DNA of 64,000 nt, taken from a virus. The stretch covers positions 1-64,000 of IMG/VR virus record IMGVR_UViG_3300027985_000627; one strand, 5' to 3'. Numbering within the stretch: the stretch's first letter is position 1; every line of letters starts with the position of its first letter. Both the position numbers and the translations under genes were made by a program. Below, piece after piece: positions 56,107-64,000 of the stretch. The notes below the pieces were generated by a model. The model had not been told where the DNA came from, ran no database searches, and saw only the letters and a list, made by a program, of their open reading frames with translations.

Positions 56107-57023
56107 TATATTAATCCCTCCACTTCCACCGAGCATTCACTGACGGTAGGACCGGAAACAACAACCTTAAAATCCTTGTAAAAACCGTAAACAATAGAAC
56201 TTCTATAGGTAACTTCTTCCCCGTCAGAATTATCGACGATAAAAACGGAAGGTGTGGCCCTTATAGACTCAAGGTATGCCACGGCATCGTCTACATCGTC
56301 GTTGTCTATGTATAAATCTAACGACCTTGTTTTTTTGTAATTTCCTGTTTTCAGATAAGTAGCGCCGAAGTCGTCTGTGCTTTTTATCGAATAATCACTG
56401 ATACCCATCTCAAGACCAAACCGTACTGCGCCAATCCGTTTCGATTTTCCTATGATAGCAGCACCACAACTAGCGTTGTACCCGCGAAGAACCAAGTTTG
56501 CCCGAGAATTGTAGAATTTTGGTATCGTAAAAACTGCCGAAGTTAAGTAGGAAAATTCATCGAAAAAGTAATCCGACCAAGTTGTGGATGTTCTTTTGTC
56601 CGTCATGTACAAATAGGAACTTGAATAGGCTACGCCGGAGGCGTCTTTTGCAGCAACAAAAGCCTCGTTGCATAGGCAATCCACAAGGACCACTGTATCG
56701 CACATGGAGGAACTTACAAGGACATTGATCCCTTCTTCCTCCTCGCCAACAGTACTGGTGTTGACGTAAGAATCGAACATTCGCCAACGATTGGTATAAC
56801 CGCAATCGAGCCAATAAGGATCAGTGGTGTCGCAGTTATCCGGCGGATAGTGGTTGAGATTAGACGCTTTCAACGACTGGTATATTTTGTGAGTAGCCGT
56901 TACTATAACGTAGTCGCCAATGGCATACGTGGTTGCCGAACTGTAAGCATCGTAATCATCTTCCGCTACACTGGTAGAAATAAGTTTTGAGCCTGTTATC
57001 TCTCTTGGAACAATGACTCTCAT
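56106..57023 (-). CDS. Tail-tip / distal tail protein
   Basis: Immediately after TMP; YSSATTYAIGD CBM-like insert, TNRWRMFD, DYSIKSTDDFG, YGFYKDF. Confidence 0.65.
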   Translation of the reverse strand: MRVIVPREITGSKLISTSVAEDDYDAYSSATTYAIGDYVIVTATHKIYQSLKASNLNHYPPDNCDTTDPYWLDCGYTNRWRMFDSYVNTSTVGEEEEGINVLVSSSMCDTVVLVDCLCNEAFVAAKDASGVAYSSSYLYMTDKRTSTTWSDYFFDEFSYLTSAVFTIPKFYNSRANLVLRGYNASCGAAIIGKSKRIGAVRFGLEMGISDYSIKSTDDFGATYLKTGNYKKTRSLDLYIDNDDVDDAVAYLESIRATPSVFIVDNSDGEEVTYRSSIVYGFYKDFKVVVSGPTVSECSVEVEGLI

Positions 57024-60000
57024 TGCGTGGTCCTCTCTTTCGGAAGTCCTTCATCGTCCCACCGGCTTATCTTATCAGCCAGCTTTTGAGTGTCTTTCCT
57101 CAGCAAATACAAACGGTCATTCATGTCTTTTCGCATCTCGCGCATTTCGGCCTGCAAGCCTTCAGACGAAAACTCCCCACTCAAAGTTACGGGAATGGTA
57201 TGCCCATCAGGGAGGGGAACATAGGCTTCTGGGATTGATCCTTCACCGTAAATAGCTACTTGGGGGGTGTTTGCTATTCCACCACTGGAATAGAGGTTGA
57301 TAGGACCACGAGAGGTCATGATTCCACCATTGGCGAATCCATATTCTTCTCTAAGATCAAGATAATCCTGATACGCTTCGAGGTATGCATCATACAAAGC
57401 ATTCGTATTGGAATCTAAGCGGTTGGAAGAGTTGAATTGGTTCAACACCCAGGACCAATCAACATACCCACTTCCTTCTCCGTAGCTTTGCTGCCACCAA
57501 TCCAACCAACTGCTTCTTTCAGAGGCAGATGCGCTATTCCACCAATTGATTCCATAGGCATTCTGGAAAATGTTATTAGCCATTTGGTATCCAGCGCCGG
57601 AATTAGCAATGCCTTGAACCATCGTTCCTTGTGTGGAATTCTGTATCGAAGAAATGGCTTGCTGCTGTAGAGCTTGGTATTGAGATTGTAAAGCGGAAAG
57701 CTGGGTTTCAGCTTGCAACTGTTCCGCAAGATCGTTTACCGCTCCCACTACGTCTCCAGTCACGCTTATAAGAGAGGCCGTGTGTCCATTTATTCCGCTG
57801 AGATAGCCGAGACCAGTCTGACTATCCGATTGCATAGCGTTCCAGATTTCATCGTCGAAGGTGATGCCGCTTTGGAGAAGATTGTAGGTAGCCATCTGGT
57901 ACCCAACTCCAGCACCGACCCTGGAACGTAATGCCTGTGCTTCAGTCAGAGACGTTCCAGCTACGTCAACCGTTGTGGTTGTCTGGCTTCCTATAAGTTC
58001 TCCAACTATGCCTATAGCAGTGGCGTTTTGAGCCAGTAGTTCGGTTTGCGTCCCTCCCTCTTCCAAAAGCTCTTTCTGTAGTTCAAGCAAGCTGATTTGG
58101 ATTTCAAGAAGTTGAGACAGGGTGTCCTGTCTCGCGCCTTCCAAGTCTCCAAGCACTTCCAAAGACGCCAGCTGGCTTGTCACCCTTCCGAAAGTCTTTG
58201 AGTATTCAAAAGGATCAGTGGTAGAACTTTTAGCAGCTTCAAGGTACGCTTGTGCATAATCAGCCACACTTTCAGCAGCATCTATATCGCCAGACATAGC
58301 CTTGGCATATGTTTCTTCGTACCAAGACTTTGCCGTGGTAGTTTTTTGGTCGGCAGTAAGGTTGGAACTGTCACCAAGAAGAAGGTCTTCAAGGAGCCCT
58401 TGGACAGTATCAGCTACAGCATACCAACGGTCCCGCAGTTCGTCGGCTGCGTCTTTCGCGGCATTTGCACCGTCCAGCATGTAATCTACTTGGTCTATAG
58501 CGGCCTCAAGCGCATCATCCAAAGCATCCTGCAGCCTGTCAGCCAAAGAATCAGCGGAGTCGGCAGCGTCATCAAGGGAGTCCTGTATATCAGACCAGTA
58601 TTTAGCCATCTCGCGAAGTTGCACATTCTGCAATTCGGTAATTTCAGATTGGGACAGGCCGTTGTCGTAAGCTTCCTGAAGTTCTTTGGCTTGCTCCACG
58701 AGTATCTGTGCAGCTTCCGCTTCCTCTTCTTTACCTTCTAATACAAGGTTGCGATAGCGCATATCTTGTTCAAAGGCTTCTTTTGTGGCTTGCAATTCCG
58801 CATTTTTCGCAGAAACGTAAGCGTACTTTTCAGCCTTCATGGCCGCTTCTAAAGCATCAGCCACCTCTTGGCCGTATTTCCAAGTGGTGTCGTAAAGCTC
58901 TTTAACGTTGTTGGCCTGCTCCATAGCAAATAACGACGTTTCATCTTCCACAGCATCATAATACCGTTTATTGGCACTGGCTAAAGCTTCCAGCCGTTCT
59001 TCTTCTTTGTCAGCAGCTAGTTTCTTCAATTCAATTTCTTGAACTTCAGCAAGGTACGCCAACTGTGCAGCCGACGCGCCAGCTTCTCTTGCCTCAACAA
59101 GCTCCCACTCGTGGGAAGTCAATAAATCCAAAAGATCAGCTTCGTCTTCCCGACCTTCCGCCGCTAACTTTCTTTGCTCAAGGGACTCACTCCATTTTTG
59201 CCAAGTACGACGATTTTCTTCAAGTTGGTCATTAACTTCAGCCAGAGAATCAGCGTACTTAGCTGCTTGGTTCCAATAAGCAAAGGCTTCTGGATCCATA
59301 TAAGAATTCAAGGCTTCCTCAAACTTGTCCCAGAAATTTTCAACGGTTATGCCCGAATCACCGATAATTCCTTCAAGGTTTTCTATAGCGTTGGAAGCAT
59401 TCGCGGTATAATAGATAACAGCCGAATCCAGTAACTCCCAAGATTCCTTTGTTCTATTAGAAATACGCTCCCATGCAGCATCCCACTCTTCATCACCACC
59501 AACAGCTTCGATAAGTTTGGAAGCGTAGTCAGCAAGGGCAAACGTTTTCAATTGTTCGTCGGTTACGTCGAGGACAACCCCCACGCTTTCTAAAGCTTCT
59601 GTCGTAGTATCGAGAGTAGTAGATAAGCTGTCCACAGCTTCCGTAGCTGTGTCGAATGTTCCGTAAGCATCGCTCCAACTTTCACTCATACCCTGTGCGG
59701 CAAAATCAGTTTCAGAAGCAATGTTCTGCGTTGCACTGGTTATAGTGTCCATAGAAACCGAAGCATTCACAGAAGCCCCTTCTATTCCTTCCATCATAGA
59801 AGCAGCTTGTGACATGGCGTTAGACATAGCTGTATCGTACGGTTCCAAAGTAGAAGCAGTCTCTTCTGCGGAAGACCTCATAGCATCAAGGGTTTCTTGC
59901 GTTACCCCGGCTAACGTTTCTAAACTGTAACCGTAGTAAAAAGTAGTTTCATTGGCTTTCACATAAGCCGACTGTAACCTATTGAGCGTTTCGAGAAGTG

Positions 60001-63000
60001 TTTCGCTATCTTTTTGTAAATCGGTCACTACAGGAAGAAGTCCTTCAGAATCCAACTTGAAGTAAGCCATAGCGTTACCGAGATTCTTGAAGTAATCTTC
60101 CAACTGTTCATCAGTAACGTCAAACTCGGGAAAATCCCAGTTTGACAAATCAGTGTCAAAATCAAACAAAGTTCCAGCTTCTTTGAGAGCTTCGACGTTG
60201 GTTTGATATGCATCCTCAATGGACTGTATTGCTTCAGGATCTAAAGAAACGGTTCTGATTTCATGTGAGGTATTTTCACCAAACATGGACTTTTCTTCAA
60301 CCGTGTAGTATTCAGAACCAGAACCGTACATCATGCCGTCTACGACGCCGAGTTTGTAACCAGTTCCAGTTTGAGTTTCTGTTTTCTTTGTATCAAATCC
60401 TCCGGTAAGAGCAGTAAGACCAAGACCAATAACAGCTCCTATACCTGCGGTAGCTAATCCAGACATAAGGCTAGCACCCACACCAGTAGCAGCAGGTATT
60501 GCAGCATCAAGGCTCGCTCCTATCATTCCGGCTATTTCGGTATCCAAAGTAGTGGTGGCTGTTTCAGCTATCGCTATGGTGGCTTCTGATCCAGCCGAAC
60601 TGAAAAAGCTACCCATGGAACTTTCTATAGCACTACCTAAGTAGGAGTCTAAAGCATCGCCGCCTATACTGGTCGCAATATTGGTGGCTGAATTGGAACC
60701 AGACCCAAAAGAGCCTGTCAAATTGTCTATTCCACCTCCAATAAAACTTTCCATCATGGGACCAATAACCTGAGCTTTTAAGAACTCAGCAATCATTTGT
60801 TCCACGAAAGAAGCAACCATATCGAGCATTCTGGACAACATGTTCTGCCAAAGGTCTTCCAAAGAAGCAGAACCATCGGCAAATCCACGTATCATGTCAC
60901 CAAAAGAACCAGAAATACCTGAAACCATATCATCCGTAGCTGACTTAATAAACGACGCTGTTTCAACAGCAAGTTCACGTTTCTTAGTGTCTGCGGACTT
61001 GTAAAGATCGTATTCTAAGGCTAACTGGGCTTTGAAGGCTTCGCTGGATGAGCCAGTCTTAGTCTTCTCTTCCAAACTGTTCTGGCGCTCCGCTTCTGCT
61101 TTAGCCTGTGAGAACGCAGCTACTTCGGCATTTCCAGCAGCCTGAGCTTTAGCAGCAATACCATCCCACATACTAGCCCGAGTAGCGTATATGGCAGCCG
61201 AATTTTCGAGGAGATATTCGAGGACCTTTTGTGCTGCCTCTCTTTCTTTCGAACCGCCTTCTTCATATTTAACAATTTCTTTATTGACAAGGTCCTCAGT
61301 ATCTTCAAAGGAAAGCTCTCCGTATTTGATCTTAGCTTCAACTATCTTATCCTGAATTTTCAGAATTTCAGTTTTTTTCCAATTTTCAAGCTGAATGGTA
61401 TCTGAACCGTTCTTTTTAGCTACTTTGTACAGTTCATCATACATAGCAAGGATGCTTTTTTCTTCACCACCACCTGGTTTTGTACCAAAAACCTCTTGGT
61501 AAGTATCAGACAAAGCAGCCTCAACCTTCAACTCCCTAAGCTGTTTAATTTGATCGACAAGACCTTCTACCGACTCGCCAGCAGACTTAGCCTTTTGCTC
61601 TGCGTTGTACAACATGTTAGTCATTTCTTTATCAATGTTGGCCAACGTTTTCGCAAAGTCATTTCCTGATATATCAGCCAAAGTAGCGTCAACAGCCGCC
61701 TTGATTGTATCGTTGTAGTGATCGTAGGCATCGGATTTCTTTTCAGCAGCGGCAGCGGCAGCTAAAGCCGCGTTTGCGGCTAGCTCATCGGCTTTGGTGA
61801 TTTTATCTATCTCGTTCTTTTGGTTTTCAAGAACTTGCTGGTAATCCGCTTGCGCTCTCGTCCTGGTTTCCAAAGAAAGTTCTTCGTTGTTAGCTATAGA
61901 AAGCAGCGATTCCAAATGCTTCGCATACTTGGCATTAAGCTCCTCAATCTTTTGTGCGGAGTCTTTAGCTGTTTTAGGAATATCTTTGAGTAGGTTATCC
62001 ATTTTTCTCTGGGCAGCCGCATTAGCTAAAGCCGAATCTTTCGACCTATCAATGGCGTCAGATAGTTTACCAATAGGGTCGAGGGACTCTTCTATATTAT
62101 GAGATATGGTTTTTCCCATATCGGGGTTGGCCGCAGCCAACATCATATCCCCAAGGTCATTGTAGTTACTGGCTAACTGAGCGATGTCCTTTTGTAAGGC
62201 TTTACCGGTAGCAGACTCCTGGCCCATAAGATTAAGTTGGTCGTACTTAGCCGCCATCTGCTTCTTAATCAACTCTTGTTCTTCTTTAAGAAGCTCCTCA
62301 TTGGTACGGATCAGACCAACCTTCTTTTCCCATCTGTCCTGAATATTCTGCTCTAAAGCGGCTACGCCCTTCTGAGCTTCCTCGTATTCCTTTGAACCAA
62401 CAGACAAGCCAGACAAAGCCTCTCGTTGCTTATCCAAAAGAGTGTTTCCATACTCTATGGAGTATGACATTACTTCGTAAGAATTAGTGGCTTTGTAAGC
62501 CACAGCAGCTATCACACCAGCAATAGCTATACCTTTCGGACCCAACATGATAGCTCCGATTAAACCCAGTTCACGGATGATCGGAGGAAGAGAATTGTAA
62601 ATGCTTATGACAGTATTGGCAAAATCTGTTGCGGCTGTGATACCGGAAGCCAACGCTGTGATTGTTTTCCCTATTTCTTCACCAAAACGACCAACAGCCT
62701 CAATGAAATCCGGAGATTGAAACTGCGTTGTAAGTTCATTGATAAAATTGACTGCGGCGTCGAGAAAACCGTTCTCAGACATAGCGATTTTCAAATCCAT
62801 CCAAGCCATTTGAAAACGGTCTATAGCACGAACAGCTAAACCAACAGCTTTCTCAGCAGTTCCAGCAAATCTATCTTCGAGAGCCCGGGCAAACTTGGGT
62901 ATAAATTCCTCAGTGGCTAATTCACCCTCTTTAACCATACGCATAAGCTCGGTAGTAGTTGCCCCCATAGCTTGTGCTGCTATTTGGAAAGCACCAGGCA

Positions 63001-64000
63001 ACTGGTTACCTAACTGTCTACGGAGTTCTTCCATAGATATGGTGCCTTTTGAAATCATCTGTTCGACAGCGTACAAGGAGCCTTTTATTTTATCATTGGA
63101 AAGACCAAGAGCGGAACCTGCGGTTATCAAAGCCTGGTAAATTTTGTGGACTTCTTGTCCTTCCAAAGCAGTACCCATAGCCGCAGCGGAAATGCTTTTG
63201 TAACCATCAGCCAGAGAATAAAAATTCAAACTCAATTTTTCCGATGTATCACGTAGCCACGCAAGCTCTTTCGAAGCCCCTTGTGCGCTGCCAGCAATAC
63301 CTTCAAAAGAAAGTTTCAATTGTTGGTAATCGGCTCCAGCTTCAAAGATGCTTCTAATCATCGAACCGATACCGTAACCAACAAGAGCGTAGTACAGGTT
63401 CCTGATCGTGAATACAACCGAGTTCAAATCCCTGGCGTGTTGTAAAGCGGATTTAGAACCAGAGGCATGAGAACTGTTGAGGCGCTTCTGGGCTTGTTCC
63501 AAAAGTCTAGCCTCTTTAGCCCCTTGTTTAGCAGCTTCAGCCAAATCTTTTTCCGCTTGCTGCAATTTTCTGGCAGAAGATATCGAAGCAGCCTCTTCAC
63601 CACGTTGGGCTTTGTACGCCGCAACGACTTCCCGCACCTTTTCCTTCAACTTATTGAAAGCATCGGAAAGCTCTTTCTTTGAAACGACACCTGCCTTCTC
63701 CAGACGTTTAATCTCTCGATATGCGTCAGTGTACCCCTTCAACTGTGCCTTAAGCTCAGACGTTGAGGTAAGACCCAAGGTACCCATACTCTGAGTCTTA
63801 GACTGCGAAGAAGTGTTTCCCAATTCAGAGTACAAACGCTTGGATGTAGCAATGAACTCGTTCAACTTCTTTTCGGCCGCAGTGATCGGACCAGTCAAAG
63901 AGTCTTTGTTTCTTTCACCAACAGAGCGAAGTTCAGAATATAAATTTTTAACGTTAGCAAGGTATTCTCTGGTGAAGTCTTTCAATTCACCAGTATTACC
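57020..64000 (-). CDS. Tail tape measure protein (5' end beyond window, >2320 aa)
   Basis: QMISKGTISMEELRRQLG tape-measure motif; Ala-rich helical repeats; C-terminal FANGG...GEG..PEAYVPL. Confidence 0.92.
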   Translation of the reverse strand, partial: GNTGELKDFTREYLANVKNLYSELRSVGERNKDSLTGPITAAEKKLNEFIATSKRLYSELGNTSSQSKTQSMGTLGLTSTSELKAQLKGYTDAYREIKRLEKAGVVSKKELSDAFNKLKEKVREVVAAYKAQRGEEAASISSARKLQQAEKDLAEAAKQGAKEARLLEQAQKRLNSSHASGSKSALQHARDLNSVVFTIRNLYYALVGYGIGSMIRSIFEAGADYQQLKLSFEGIAGSAQGASKELAWLRDTSEKLSLNFYSLADGYKSISAAAMGTALEGQEVHKIYQALITAGSALGLSNDKIKGSLYAVEQMISKGTISMEELRRQLGNQLPGAFQIAAQAMGATTTELMRMVKEGELATEEFIPKFARALEDRFAGTAEKAVGLAVRAIDRFQMAWMDLKIAMSENGFLDAAVNFINELTTQFQSPDFIEAVGRFGEEIGKTITALASGITAATDFANTVISIYNSLPPIIRELGLIGAIMLGPKGIAIAGVIAAVAYKATNSYEVMSYSIEYGNTLLDKQREALSGLSVGSKEYEEAQKGVAALEQNIQDRWEKKVGLIRTNEELLKEEQELIKKQMAAKYDQLNLMGQESATGKALQKDIAQLASNYNDLGDMMLAAANPDMGKTISHNIEESLDPIGKLSDAIDRSKDSALANAAAQRKMDNLLKDIPKTAKDSAQKIEELNAKYAKHLESLLSIANNEELSLETRTRAQADYQQVLENQKNEIDKITKADELAANAALAAAAAAEKKSDAYDHYNDTIKAAVDATLADISGNDFAKTLANIDKEMTNMLYNAEQKAKSAGESVEGLVDQIKQLRELKVEAALSDTYQEVFGTKPGGGEEKSILAMYDELYKVAKKNGSDTIQLENWKKTEILKIQDKIVEAKIKYGELSFEDTEDLVNKEIVKYEEGGSKEREAAQKVLEYLLENSAAIYATRASMWDGIAAKAQAAGNAEVAAFSQAKAEAERQNSLEEKTKTGSSSEAFKAQLALEYDLYKSADTKKRELAVETASFIKSATDDMVSGISGSFGDMIRGFADGSASLEDLWQNMLSRMLDMVASFVEQMIAEFLKAQVIGPMMESFIGGGIDNLTGSFGSGSNSATNIATSIGGDALDSYLGSAIESSMGSFFSSAGSEATIAIAETATTTLDTEIAGMIGASLDAAIPAATGVGASLMSGLATAGIGAVIGLGLTALTGGFDTKKTETQTGTGYKLGVVDGMMYGSGSEYYTVEEKSMFGENTSHEIRTVSLDPEAIQSIEDAYQTNVEALKEAGTLFDFDTDLSNWDFPEFDVTDEQLEDYFKNLGNAMAYFKLDSEGLLPVVTDLQKDSETLLETLNRLQSAYVKANETTFYYGYSLETLAGVTQETLDAMRSSAEETASTLEPYDTAMSNAMSQAASMMEGIEGASVNASVSMDTITSATQNIASETDFAAQGMSESWSDAYGTFDTATEAVDSLSTTLDTTTEALESVGVVLDVTDEQLKTFALADYASKLIEAVGGDEEWDAAWERISNRTKESWELLDSAVIYYTANASNAIENLEGIIGDSGITVENFWDKFEEALNSYMDPEAFAYWNQAAKYADSLAEVNDQLEENRRTWQKWSESLEQRKLAAEGREDEADLLDLLTSHEWELVEAREAGASAAQLAYLAEVQEIELKKLAADKEEERLEALASANKRYYDAVEDETSLFAMEQANNVKELYDTTWKYGQEVADALEAAMKAEKYAYVSAKNAELQATKEAFEQDMRYRNLVLEGKEEEAEAAQILVEQAKELQEAYDNGLSQSEITELQNVQLREMAKYWSDIQDSLDDAADSADSLADRLQDALDDALEAAIDQVDYMLDGANAAKDAADELRDRWYAVADTVQGLLEDLLLGDSSNLTADQKTTTAKSWYEETYAKAMSGDIDAAESVADYAQAYLEAAKSSTTDPFEYSKTFGRVTSQLASLEVLGDLEGARQDTLSQLLEIQISLLELQKELLEEGGTQTELLAQNATAIGIVGELIGSQTTTTVDVAGTSLTEAQALRSRVGAGVGYQMATYNLLQSGITFDDEIWNAMQSDSQTGLGYLSGINGHTASLISVTGDVVGAVNDLAEQLQAETQLSALQSQYQALQQQAISSIQNSTQGTMVQGIANSGAGYQMANNIFQNAYGINWWNSASASERSSWLDWWQQSYGEGSGYVDWSWVLNQFNSSNRLDSNTNALYDAYLEAYQDYLDLREEYGFANGGIMTSRGPINLYSSGGIANTPQVAIYGEGSIPEAYVPLPDGHTIPVTLSGEFSSEGLQAEMREMRKDMNDRLYLLRKDTQKLADKISRWDDEGLPKERTTQ

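Overview
This window is a 64-kb internal segment of a large, probably lytic, long-tailed dsDNA phage (Caudoviricetes). Its two-component spanins indicate a Gram-negative host. No integrase, capsid, terminase, tRNA, rRNA or CRISPR array is visible. The + strand (1-49513) carries, in order: (i) an early region of small hypothetical genes separated by a family of long GNRA/UUCG-capped RNA hairpins; (ii) helicases, primase, a replication-initiator-like HTH protein behind a highly structured leader RNA, and a DnaB-like helicase; (iii) an accessory island with a C5 DNA methyltransferase carrying a nested alternative-frame subunit; (iv) a 7-deazaguanine DNA-modification cluster (QueD, QueE, FolE, DpdL-like T-fold protein, GT-B glycosyltransferase, DpdA, P-loop kinase) with no QueC in the window; (v) a replisome and repair module (beta-clamp, UDG-fused family A polymerase, DnaX-like loader, UvsY-like protein, SSB, RecA, 5'-3' exonuclease, resolvase, ligase, intein-containing ThyX, MazG, split SbcC around SbcD). 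The - strand (49514-64000) carries the end of the late operon: tape measure, tail-tip and fibre genes, a lyase-like protein, endolysin, holin, spanins and an unexpected receiver-PAS signalling protein. The best novelty candidates are a possibly glycosylated 7-deazaguanine modification pathway, a kissing-loop/antisense RNA switch in front of the replication initiator, the REC-PAS gene in the lysis cassette, the early hairpin family, and a shared (K/R)LLRKK motif in replication-region proteins. All family calls come from visual motif recognition; no database searches were run.
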